Of a stretch of 64,000 nt of DNA, positions 52,273-64,000 are shown one piece after another (the stretch's first letter is position 1; every line of letters begins with the position of its first letter). Below the pieces are notes generated by a model. That model saw nothing but the letters and a program-made list of their open reading frames with translations. It made no database searches and was not told the origin of the DNA. Where the stretch lies: the NCBI RefSeq assembly GCF_006345805.1, contig NC_043010.1, positions 59,396,001-59,460,000 of the forward strand, given 5' to 3'. Source of the stretch: Octopus sinensis (lineage: Eukaryota). The translations under genes were made by a program, and so were the position numbers.

Positions 52273-53950
52273 GTTTTCCTTGCTATCCATAATATCCACC
52301 AGGGACAATATATATTTCTTTACTACCCAAAAGGGGCTAAACACAGAGGGGACAAACAAGGACAGACAAAGGGATTAAGTCAATTACATCGACCCCAGTG
52401 CGTAACTGGTACTTAATTTATCGACCCCGAAAGGATGAAAGGCAAAGTCGACCTCGGCGGAATTTGAACTCGGAACGTAACGACAGACGAAATACGGCTA
52501 CGCAGGTCGCCCGGCGTGCTAACGTTTCTGCCAGCTCGCAGATATGGCACTTTTCACCCAGCGCTTAGTGTCACAATATTATCTATCACAATTTTCTTTC
52601 CAGCCTGCATCAAATGATACGTTTAATTCCCGGCCACTCTCTCAAACCACATTTACTCAACTTTTCATTTGGATTAACATCATTCATACATACATCAAAT
52701 CATACTCATTTCTCTTCCAGCCTCCACACATCTTCCATATTCAACTACCACGATTTTCACACAAACATAAAATGCTTTGTTGCCAACAGATAACAATTCC
52801 CTAAACTCCTCTCATCCCTTCTTTATTTGCTAATTACAATTATTAGAAAACAGAACCTATTAATCATTTCCAGAGAGCTATGTAGGTTATGTTTAATGGC
52901 TGATCTGTACTATATCCATGTATTTATTACATATGAAGTTTGGGTTGATGGGTAGAAAGCTATAAAGCTCATTGCAATTTCTGTGATTCCATTATTGACA
53001 CCAAACCAAACCATCTTACAAACAATAACTCTGAGCACCTTTTCAAACTCCACCTGTCTAACACCCGTGGACATGTTTACAAAGTCAGAAAACAGCACAG
53101 CTCCCATGACTTTAGGAAACATTTTTTCACGCTGAGAGTTGCTGAAGCATGGAACAAACTGCCAGCATCAGTTGTTAGTTGTCGGAGCACTGCATCCTTC
53201 AAAACTTCCATGCTTCCTGAGATTCGCCAACACTACACCTGATTTTCTCCCCTCCATACACACACAAGCATGTATCTGACTCATACACTGTTCACTTCCC
53301 AGACATTTGTACATTACTGCATATGCTTTATATGCACTTTTGACAAGTTGTGGTGCACCTGAGCACTGTATACAATAATTTCATTATTATTATTATTATT
53401 ATTATAATGAATTCTTATCTACTTCTTTCATAAACCGTCAGCAAGAACACTTCCCAGATGGCACTAATACTTCATGATTTCTCTAACTTGAATTACTAAA
53501 GTCAGCCTTTAGACTGTTTGGCTCTGGACCATGACTCCAGTTAAGAACTCTTGTAATTTGATACATCGTCATCATCATCATCATCATTATCATTTAAACA
53601 CCCTTTTCCATGCAGGCATGGTTTGGATGGTTTGATTGATGAGGGTGATAAATTGAATATTAATTTAACATCAATTTAAAACCAGTGGCTGGCAGAAACA
53701 TTAGCACGCCGGGCGACCTGCGTAGCCGTATTTCGTCTGTCGTTACGTTCCGAGTTCAAATTCCGCCGAGGTCGACTTTGCCTTTCATCCTTTCGGGGTC
53801 GATAAATTAAGTACCAGTTACGCACTGGGGTCGATGTAATCGACTTAATCCCTTTGTCTGTCCTTGTTTGTCCCCTCTGTGTTTAGCCCCTTTTGGGTAG
53901 TAAAGAAATATATATTGTCCCTGGTGGATATTATGGATAGCAAGGAAAAC
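52273..53950. repeat. 263-bp inverted duplication (52273-52535 vs 53688-53950): SINE family B plus unique flank
   Basis: Non-SINE flank GTTTTCCTTGCTATCCATAATATCCACCAGGGACAATA is also duplicated; two mismatches seen. Confidence 0.9.
53007..53400 (+). mobile_element. CR1-type LINE 3' end
   Basis: same family as 6400-6835. Confidence 0.85.
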
Positions 53951-54555
53951 TGCTCGCTTAAACATTCAAGGGAGGTTGTTGCCAGTGCCGCCGGACTGGC
54001 TCCTGTGCAGGTGGCATGTAAAAAAACACCACATGAGCTTGGTCATTGCCAGTACCGCATGACTGGCCCTTGTGCTGGTGGCACGTAAAAGCACCCTCTA
54101 TACTCTCAGAGTGGTTGGCATTAGGAAGGGTATCCAGCTGTAGAAACTCTGCCAAATCAAGATTGGAGCCTGGTGCAGCCATCTGGTTTGCCAGACCTCA
54201 GTCAAATCGTCCAACCCATGCTAGCATGGAAAGCGGACATTAAACGATGATGATATGTGTGTGTATGTATATATATACATATATATATATATATACACAT
54301 ACATTTATATATATGTGTATATATGTATGTATGTATATATATATATATATATACACACATGTATATATATATGTATATATATATATACATGTATATATAT
54401 GTGTATATATATATATATACATATGTATATATATATGTATACGTGTATATATATATATACATATGTATATATATATGTATACGTGTATATATATATATAC
54501 ATATGTATATATATATGTATATATCTATGTATATATATGCACATATACATGTATA

Positions 54556-57510
54556 TCATCATCATCATCATTTAACGTCCGTTTTCCATGCTAGCATGGG
54601 TTGGACGGTTCGACCGGGGTCTGGGAAGCGAGGAGGCTGCACCAGGCTCCAGTCTGATCTGGCAGTGTTTCTACAGATGGATGCCCTTCCTAGCGCCAAT
54701 CACACTGTGAGTGTAGTGGGTGCTTTTTACGTGCCACCAGCACAGGAGCCAGAGGGGGCTGGCAACGTCCACAATCAGTTGTTGCTTTTTACGTGCCACC
54801 GGCACAGACGCCAGTCAAGGCAACTCTGGCATTGGTCATGTTCGGATGGTGTTTTTTACATGCCACCTGCACAGGTATCACAACTACAATTTCTATTTGA
54901 TTTTTATTTTGATGTTGATGTACTTGACTCAATAGGTCTCCTCAAGCACGGAAGGTCGCCCTACGATCCAAGGTAAGCACAGCAGGCTATCCGGCAAGCC
55001 ATGAACTCACTTCATTTGTTGGGTCTTCGAAGTCACAGCATATCTCCAGAGGTTTCAGTCTTTTGTCATTGCCTCTGTGAGGCCAAACGTTCGAAGGTCA
55101 TGCTTGACCACCTCATCCCATGTCTTCCTGGGTCTACCTCTACCTCGGATTCCTTTAACTGTTTGGGAGTGGCACTTCTTCACACATCTCTCCTCATCCA
55201 TCCATAGTACATAACCATACCAACGCAAACATCTCTCCTGCATGCCACATCCGATGCTTCTTATGTCCAACATTTCTCTCAGGGTGCTTATACTCTGTCA
55301 TGTGTGCACACTGACATTACACGTCCAGCGGATCATACTAGCTTCATTTCTTTTGAGCCTACGGATGTCCTCCGCAGTCATGACCCATGTTTCACTGCTG
55401 TGATTCATGGCAGTTCTCACACATGCGTCGTACAATCTACCTTTCACTCTGAGTGTGAGACCCTTTGTCACCAGTAGGGGAAGAAGCTTTCTAAACTTTG
55501 CCCAGGCTATTCTTATTCTAGTGGTAACACTCTCTGAGCATCCACCCCCAATACTAACTTGGTCACCTAGGTAGCAGAAGCTATCAACTACTTCTAATTT
55601 CTTCCCCTAGAGTGTGATGGAATCTGTTTTCTGAGCATCTGTGGTGTTTATTGTCCCTGTGCATCTGCTGCACATGAAAGCCATCTTCTTTGTTAATTTT
55701 CCTTTGATGTTGCTGCACCTCTTATGTGTCCATAGCTTACACTGGGTACATCTTATGGAATTTCTACCTACACCTTTTCTATAGATTGAGCAGGGCCACT
55801 TACTGAGATGGGGTGGGGTGATGAGTTCGCCTTCCTACTTACTAGAACTTTGGTCTCTACTACATTGACTCTAAGGCCTTTTGATTCTAAACCTAGCTTT
55901 CACACCCGAATTTTCTTTTCTAGTTCAAGCAATGATTCCGCTATGAGGGCCAGGTCATCAGCATAGAGGAGCTCCCAGGGGCAACCCGTCTTGAATTCCT
56001 CTGTTATTGCCTGGAGGACTATGACGAATAAAAGGGGACTGAGGGCTGAACCTTGGTGGACCCCAGAATTCTTCACTGTACTCATTGCCAATCCTAACCT
56101 TACTAACAGCCTCTCTGTAAAGGTCCTTTACAGCCTTTATTAACCATTCGTCAATCTCCAGTTTTCGCATCGCCCACCAGATAAGGGAACAGGGGACCCT
56201 GTCAAAGGCGTTCTCCAAGTCCACAAAAGCAAAGTATAGGGGTTTATCTTTAGCTAGGTATTTCTCCTGCAGTTGTCGGACCAGGAATATAGCATCAGTG
56301 GTGCTTCTACCTGGTACAAAACCGAACTGCATCTCATCTAAGCAAATTCTCTCCCTAATGAGATGGGTTATGACCCTCTCTGAGACCTTCATCACCTGAT
56401 CCAACAGTTTAATACCCCTGTAGTCATTTCTATTTAGAGCATCACCCTTACCCTTGTAGCAGCTGACTATGGTGCTGCTATGCCAGTCGTTGGGTATGAC
56501 TCCATCATGAACTACCTGGTTTAAAATACGGGTGACTAGGCCATAGCCCACACCACCAGATGGTTTAAGCATCTCAACAGTGATTCCTGATGAGCCGGGA
56601 GCTTTTCCTGGCTTCATACCCTTAAATTGCTTTATTTACTAGGGAGCTGTCTATTCAGATACCTGGTCCATCTACTGGGTCAACATTTGGCAGGGTCTCC
56701 TCCTCCCAATCATTCTCCACATCCTGCAGTCTTTCATAATGGCTTCTCCAAGCCTATTTCTTTTCACAATCATTAAAAGCAAGTGCACCATCATCCATGC
56801 GGACACATTTCTCTCCTGTGACATCACAATTTTCTCTCACACACTGTCTTGCTATCCGAAATACCTCGGTTCTTTGGTCCTCACATTGCTGGACATTGGT
56901 AAATTTCTTCTTAGCTACCAAATCCTTCTTTTTTGGATTGGTCTGCTTCTTGGTATCCTTCTGGCCTTGAACCTAAAGTCACTAATGACTAGCCTATGCT
57001 GGGGATTACATTCTTCACCCGGGAGGGTCTTTGTATTTAAGAGCAACCCTGCATCCTGCTGTCTGGTGAGGATGAAATCAACCTGGCCAGCAGAGTCCCC
57101 TGATTGATAGGTTATAAGTTGGCTGTCTGGCTTCCTGAAGTTAGTGTTGCAGATTAAAAGGTTACATGCATCACAGAAATCCAGTAGCCTGGTTCCCTCA
57201 TCGTTTCAGGTGGCAATACAATGGCCACCACGTACCCCAGTGAAGCTACCAGATTCCCGCCCAACATGCCCATTAAAGTCTCCAGCCACAAAGATGAGGT
57301 CATTACCACTCGTCTTTGAGGTAGCCTGTAGAAGGGTATCATAAAAGTGGTCCTTCTGATCATTTGGTAGCCCCACATGTGGGGTGTAGGCAGAGATAAT
57401 TGTAGCTGTGCTGTTCTGCAGGACTAGCCTGAGCTTAAGCACTCTATCACATACCCTAACAACCTCTATGACCTTATCCACCCATTTCTCTGCAAGGAGT
57501 ATGCCTACAC
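54556..57510 (-). mobile_element. RTE-clade LINE (APE + RT + 3' tail), decayed
   Basis: GVGILLAEKW, ISAYTP, AGDFNGHVG (APE); MKPGKAPG, GRSTTDAIF, LLYADDL (RT). Confidence 0.9.
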
Positions 57511-57576
57511 CATATATATATATGCTTATGTATATATATATGAATATATATATATATGCATGTGTGTGTGTATGTG

Positions 57577-57610
<34 letters not shown>

Positions 57611-57611
57611 A

Positions 57612-57945
57612 AGGCGCATGGCTCAGTGGTTAGAGCATCGATTTTACGATGGTGAGGTTGTGAGCTCCAATCCCGGACCAGGCTGCATGTTATGTTCTTG
57701 AGCAAGACACTTTATTTCACGTTGCTCCAGTTCACTCAGCTGTAGAAATGAGTTGCAACATCACAGGTGCCAAGCTGTATCAACCCCGTTGCCTTTCCAT
57801 TGGATAACACTGGTGGCACAGAGAGGGGAGGCTGGTATGCATGGGTGACTGCTGGTCTTCCATAAACAACCTTACCTGGACTTGTGCCTCGGAGGGGAAC
57901 TTTCCAGGTGCAATCCCATGGCCATTCATGACCGAAAGGGGTCTC
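57612..57945 (+). mobile_element. SINE family C-related
   Basis: GGCGCATGGCTCAGTGGTTAGAGC head; CTTGAGCAAGACACTTTATTTCACG core; related copy at 63715-63975. Confidence 0.8.
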
Positions 57946-58553
57946 AGACACTAGCAGAGATACCCAGTCTTGCTCAGGATTAAAATGTCATGATTTATTA
58001 TTGTTTTACTTGTTTTAGTTATGTGACTGTGCCCATGCTGGAGCATGGCTGTTGGTCACACAAATCGACCACAGGATTTATTCTTTGTAAGCCTAGTACT
58101 TATTCTGTCAGTGTCTTTTGCAGAACCACTAAATTATGGGATTGTAAACACAGCAACATCGGTTGTCAAGCAATTACAGTTTATTTAATGTTATTATGAT
58201 GGTTAGGTAGTTTTCACTTGTCTAAATTAAGAGAGATATTACTTACAAATAGGAAATATCCCCATAGAAGTAGTTTCATGTATACTGTGGAATACTTAAT
58301 GATCTACTTATGAAGCAACACGATTTATTACTTATAGTAACGGTATTGGTGCAGTTCATCATCATCATCGTTTAACGTCCGTTTTCCGCGCTAGCACGGG
58401 TTGGACGGTTCGACTGGGGTCTGGGAAGCCAGGGGCTGCACCAGGCTCCAGTCTGATCTGGCAGAGTTTCTACAGCTGGATGGCCTTCCTAACGCCAACC
58501 ACTCCGCGAGTGTAGTGGGTGCTTTTTACGTGCCACCTGCACCGGCACGGAAG

Positions 58554-58752
58554 CCAGCTGGCTTTAGGCACACTTTCTGTGCCCTTATGGTATTTGCAAA
58601 GGGAGGTCTTCCCTCTCTCGTAAACCTAAGTGATACGCACAGACTGCAGTTTCTAGGTATTTGCCGTGCGTGTCACTTAGGTTGACGAGGGAGGGATGAC
58701 CTCCCTTTGCAAATACCATAAGGGCACAGAAAGTGTGCCTAAAGCCAGCTGG
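58554..58752. repeat. Near-perfect 199-bp hairpin (87-bp arms, 25-nt loop)
   Basis: CCAGCTGGCTTTAGGCACAC...GTGTGCCTAAAGCCAGCTGG; 4 non-Watson-Crick positions; loop on the minus strand contains GAAACTGCAGTC. Confidence 0.95.
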
Positions 58753-60554
58753 AGACGATGATCTCCTGGGGCTAAAAAGCTACAGATTCCATCACACTCT
58801 AGGGGAAGAAATTAGAAGTAGTTGATAGCTTCTGCTACCTAGGTGACCAAGTTAGTATTGGGGGTGGATGCTCAGAGAGTGTTACCACTAGAATAAGAAT
58901 AGCCTGGGCAAAGTTTAGAAAGCTTCTTCCCCTACTGGTGACAAAGGGTCTCACACTCAGAGTGAAAGGTAGATTGTACGACGCATGTGTGAGAACTGCC
59001 ATGAATCACAGCAGTGAAACATGGGTCATGACTGCGGAGGACATCCGTAGGCTCAAAAGAAATGAAGCTAGTATGATCCGCTGGACGTGTAATGTCAGTG
59101 TGCACACATGACAGAGTATAAGCACCCTGAGAGAAATGTTGGACATAAGAAGCATCGGATGTGGCGTGCAGGAGAGATGTTTGCGTTGGTATGGTTATGT
59201 ACTATGGATGGATGAGGAGAGATGTGTGAAGAAGTGCCACTCCCAAACAGTTAAAGGAATCCGAGGTAGAGGTAGACCCAGGAAGACATGGGATGAGGTG
59301 GTCAAGCATGACCTTCGAACGTTTGGCCTCACAGAGGCAATGACAAAAGACTGAAACCTCTGGAGATATGCTGTGACTTCGAAGACCCAACAAATGAAGT
59401 GAGTTCATGGCTTGCCGGATAGCCTGCTGTGCTTACCTTGGATCGTAGGGCGACCTTCCGTGCTTGAGGAGACCTATTGAGTCAAGTACATCAACATCAA
59501 AATAAAAATCAAATAGAAATTGTAGTTGTGATACCTGTGCAGGTGGCATGTAAAAAACACCATCCGAACATGACCAATGCCAGAGTTGCCTTGACTGGCG
59601 TCTGTGCCGGTGGCACGTAAAAAGCAACAACTGATTGTGGACGTTGCCAGCCCCCTCTGGCTCCTGTGCTGGTGGCACGTAAAAAGCACCCACTACACTC
59701 ACAGTGTGATTGGCGCTAGGAAGGGCATCCATCTGTAGAAACACTGCCAGATCAGACTGGAGCCTGGTGCAGCCTCCTCGCTTCCCAGACCCCGGTCGAA
59801 CCGTCCAACCCATGCTAGCATGGAAAACGGACGTTAAATGATGATGATGATGATATACATGTATATGTGCATATATATATATACATAGATATATACATAT
59901 ATATATACATATGTATATATATATATACACGTATACATATATATATACATATGTATATATATATATATACACATATATATACATGTATATATATATATAC
60001 ATATATATATACATGTGTGTATATATATATATATATATACATACATACATATATACACATATATATAAATGTATGTGTATATATATATATATATGTATAT
60101 ATATACATACACACACATATCATCATCGTTTAACGTCTGCTTTTCATGCTAGCATGGGTTGGACGATTTGACTGAGGTCTGGCAAACCAGATGGCTGCAC
60201 CAGGCTCCAATCTTGATTTGGCAGAGTTTCTACAGCTGGATACCCTTCCTAACGCCAACCACTCTGAGAGTATAGAGGGTGCTTTTACGTGCCACCAGCA
60301 CAAGGGCCAGTCATGCGGTACTGGCAATGACCAAGCTCATGTGGTGTTTTTTTACATGCCACCTGCACAGGAGCCAGTCCGGCGGCACTGGCAACAACCT
60401 CCCTTGAATGTTTATCACATGCCACCGGCACATGTGCCAGTAAGGGGATGCTGGTAACAATCTAAATGTATACATACATATATGTATGTATATATACATA
60501 TATATATCTATGTTGATCAGATTGGGGCCTGGTGGACCCTCCTGGCTTCCCAGG

Positions 60555-61915
60555 CAAATGGTGACCTGTTGTATTTATAGAGTCCTTTATGTGTCTCAAT
60601 TGTTAGATATTTAGAGCATTCACTGTCTTCTCTAATTTGTAGGTATGCATCAGATAGATCCAATTTAGAAAATACCTTGCTTCCATTTAATTTTGCAAGA
60701 ATATCCTCTGGAGTAGGTAGCAAGTAGTGGCTTCTTTTAAGACATTCATTTAAACCAGTGGAAAAACCAGCAGACACTCTGATTTTGTCCCTCTTTTTCT
60801 TAACATGCACAGTTGGTGAGGCCCATTGACTATATTCCATTTTTTGAATAACTTCAATTTTTTCTAGTCTCCCTTAAATTAATCTGTTCTAATGATGTGA
60901 ATGGTACAGTTTGTTTTTGTTTAAATACTGGTATGGTATTTTCTTTTATTTGAAACCATGCCTTCATCTTGGTACACAGACCTAATTTATCAGTCAGAAC
61001 TTCAGGAAAAATACTTTTTAATTTCTATTTTTTCAATTCATTTGATGACTTACGATAACTGAAGGAAAGACCATTCACATTTTTACAGAAAATATGGGGA
61101 GGTCCCATAAGTTAAATAATTCCATCCAGTTAGTTCTGAATAAATTTGTGGCATTATTTAACACAAAAACTTTAGCTTTTAAGGGTTTTTTTTCATGAAA
61201 TGTAATGTTACTTATCAATTTTCCCTTAAAATATAACTTTTTTTCCTGAAACACCATGGGCAATATTTGAAGTTTCATTTAATTTAGGTTTCCCAGTTTT
61301 TTAAATGTATCTGTTAATTATTGACATACTACTGCCTGTATCCAATTATAACTTCACATTTGTGTTATTAATTTTTACATACGCAAATTTCCTTTAAGGT
61401 TCATTTGTATTTTTGTCAACAATAATCCAGTTATGTGAATTTTTTTCTATTGAGCTGTTTTTTAGGATCTGTCCTAGGGTGACTTTTTGTGGCCTATTTT
61501 ACCACACTTCAAGCTATTTATATTTTTAAATGAACAGTTATTTTTTAAATGTAAACCATTGTACCCATAACATGAATTCAGTCTTGACAGTTTTTGTTAT
61601 CCAATACCAACTGACACACTTGAACATGAGAGCAATCTTTCTCTTCAATTTTAATTGCATCATGTCGTAGATTTATAATCATCAGACATTCTGTTATGGC
61701 TTGCAGAGTTAAATTCTGGTCCTGTTCTAAAACGTATATCTGCGTCTTTGTTTGCAGTAAGCCCCTGAACAAAAATTAAACACTTGAACATGTCCAGGGT
61801 CAACTCATTCAATTTGAAATTCTCACACTTTCTGTTAACCGCTCTGGCATAGGTGACGAAAGCTTCATAATCTTTTTTCACCAAATTCAAACATTGCCAG
61901 TGAGTATTGAACAGT
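60555..61915 (-). mobile_element. Gypsy/Ty3 LTR-retrotransposon relic (gag, protease, RT start)
   Basis: WQCLNLVK...FKCLIFVQGL (gag-like), LDTGS (protease), SQWASPTVHVKK, FSKLDLSDAYLQI, THKGLYKYNRSPF (RT). Confidence 0.85.
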
Positions 61916-62053
61916 AGCACTTTCCTCAGCCACAAGAAAGACGATGCCACCTTTATCCTTTCTAGTCAGCCCCGTGCATTCCTTACTCTTTCACTCTCTA
62001 CTGACAAATAACAACTTCTACACTAACAACTACTGACCAGCAAGCCAACCTTG

Positions 62054-62462
62054 GGAACTTTTCGGTTCGAACGGCAGTTTTTTTAAATAATTTCCACGTA
62101 ACTAAACACTTTTAAACTTTGTATACTGGTAGAATGTGTTTATAAAACATCTTTTTCTCTTGGCTTTATTGAGAAAATTCGATAGTTTGTAAGATATTTC
62201 TTGTTTTTTTCTTCAATTTCTGCAATTTCAACCAATCAATGACGTCTATTGAGGTGAAAACATTCTGTGCCGTATGAATATGTCCCTCGTTTAAGAAACA
62301 GATTGGGTTTATTTACATTTCTGAAGAAAAAAAGATACCCTTCCCCCACCTCTAACCCTAAAACAGATTGAAATGCAATAGATCGATACTAGGGTTATGA
62401 TTATGGGTGACAATTTCATATGACACCGCTAGAAAAAACTGCCGTTCAAACCGAAAAGATGC
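62054..62462. mobile_element. MITE with ~30-bp TIRs and 8-bp TSD (Merlin-like, tentative)
   Basis: GGAACTTTTCGGTTCGAACGGCAGTTTTTT / AAAAAACTGCCGTTCAAACCGAAAAGATGC; CAACCTTG at 62046-62053 and 62463-62470. Confidence 0.8.
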
Positions 62463-62535
62463 CAACCTTGTTGTCCCTATCGCTAGAACTGCTACTGTCT
62501 CTTTAAATGCTTGTCGGGCAAACGAATAAATATAT

Positions 62536-62577
<42 letters not shown>

Positions 62578-62940
62578 CATTGTGTACAGTGCTCAGGTGC
62601 ACTACAACTCATCTAAAGTGCATATATAATCAGGTGTAGTTTCGACGGATTTCGGAAAGCATGAGGGCCTTAAGGATGCAGTGTCATGTAAATAATATTT
62701 CCTTTGGATGCAGTGTCATGTAAATAATATTTCCTTTTCCTTGGTGTTGATTCTTCGATGTTCACTGGTTGCTCAGACGCGAGAACCTTTAGGCGTTACA
62801 TCAAGTCGCTACATTCAGTAGAGGCCTACATCATATCGATCTGATATGGCACATCACTTTCAGCCCGCCACACACGAGATGCTGAAAGCAGAATCCCGCT
62901 ACAAAGCTATTGTTTACCAATTTCTATATAAAACAAACAT

Positions 62941-63093
62941 ACTAGGGGCTGCTGAAAGGTTCCTTGCTTTGGATAAAAGAAAATATAGGAGAATCAGTTA
63001 ACTAAGCCTTGTGAAAGATCTCAGAAGGTTGGACCTCCAGCCTGGCCTTTCACGACAAACTAAAAACTAGGAAGTTTTTTAGCACATCCTCAA
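62941..63093. mobile_element. Short mariner-type MITE (decayed TIRs)
   Basis: AGGGGCTGCTGAAAGGTTCCTTGCTTT / AAAACTAGGAAGTTTTTTAGCACATCCT. Confidence 0.5.
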
Positions 63094-63139
63094 CATAAGG
63101 TTGAAAATGGGGCATACCTACACAAGCGTGCTCCCCAAA

Positions 63140-63625
63140 TTTATGTCCCATAACTTCATGAAAAAGGGATATTTTTTAGTGAAAATTTCTACAAATACGC
63201 TTCAGATGGTGCAGATTCCGATTACATCGGGATTTGGGACGAAAACTTTTTCCGAGGCTGGAGAGAGGAGTTTCAGAAAATTCATACAACTCAGTCATGT
63301 TCCCTCATAACTTTCAGAAAAATTCTCTACAAATACTTTTCAGAGCGTGTAGATTGCGATAAAATCGTTATTTAATATGTAAAGAAAAAGAAAAAAGAAA
63401 AATCGGTGGTTTTGTGCAGATGCATAGGGACAAATCGCACAGATCTATATTGAAATTAAAACACGATATTTCGAAAAAAAAAATGTGATGTGTATCAGTA
63501 TGTATGTTTTTTTCGCTACAAATTTCGATATAATTGGAGTCTGCACCATCTGAAGCACATTTGTAGAAGATTTCCTTTTAAAGAAATCCATTTTTGTGGA
63601 AGTTAGGAGGTAACGAAACAGGGAG
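63140..63625. mobile_element. Non-autonomous DNA element with ~90-bp imperfect inverted repeats
   Basis: TTCTACAAATACGCTTCAGATGGTGCAGA pairs with TCTGCACCATCTGAAGCACATTTGTAGAA. Confidence 0.55.
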
Positions 63626-64000
63626 GGGGAAAATATCTTGTGGGGGGAATAACGAAAACGGAAGTAGTTCTTGACAGGTTCTCGGTATTACTGAATGTCA
63701 TCCTTCACATGTGAGGGCACATGGCTTAGCTGTTAGAGCGTCGGGCTGACAATCATGGGGTAGTGAGTGCGATTTACGGACTAGACTGGGTTGTGTTCTT
63801 GAGCAAGACACTTTATTTCACGTCGTTCCATTTCACTCAGCCGTAGAAATGAGTTTCAACGTCACTGGTGTCATGCATGGGTGACTGCTGGACTCCCATA
63901 AACAAACTTGCCGCGGGAGAGGTGGGGTAAATTTCTAGGTGCAAACCCATAGACACTCATGACCGAGGAGGCTCCTCCTATCCTTCACATACAGAAACAG

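Larger units (their letters stand above)
53959..60414. repeat. ~1.65-kb inverted duplication (53959-55627 vs 58782-60414)
   Basis: Near-identical reverse complements (paired ORFs 55055-55273/59136-59354 and 54257-54976/59433-60116); they differ by a 36-bp microsatellite indel and a few transitions. Confidence 0.95.

Noticed and set aside
54202-54976. YI/CV-rich ORFs up to 239 aa, duplicated at 59433-60171
   Set aside because: Dinucleotide repeats lack stop codons; not genes.
62785-62830. Minus-strand CCTCTA-CTGAATG...TAACGCC-TAAAGG as a hammerhead
   Set aside because: Too many core mismatches and no convincing stem II.

Overview
Eukaryotic, AT-rich, repeat-dense genomic DNA; the gene and repeat content point to an octopus/coleoid cephalopod (inference). 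The only host gene I can support is a protocadherin on the + strand: a large exon (ATG 22450, donor after 24816) encoding signal peptide, six cadherin repeats and a TM helix, plus a second coding exon missing from the ORF track (27502-27663) that ends in ...HYEEIPSM*. The rest is transposon debris: mariner, CR1-, RTE-, R4/Dong- and HERO-type LINEs, a Gypsy relic, a Penelope-like GIY-YIG relic, Helitron and MITE copies, three tRNA-headed SINE families and microsatellites. Most small ORFs in the track are spurious. The most interesting signal is non-coding. Several unrelated short repeat families carry minimal type I hammerhead-ribozyme folds: one is intact at 42815-42869 on the minus strand, and others show compensated G3-C8 and U3-A8 cores. 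Most sit in head-to-head fold-back insertions, four of them with 11-13 bp target-site duplications, and one family has a tRNA-like Pol III head. One such fold-back sits at a breakpoint of a complex inverted-duplication rearrangement at 52.3-60.4 kb. Coordinates of decayed repeats are approximate.
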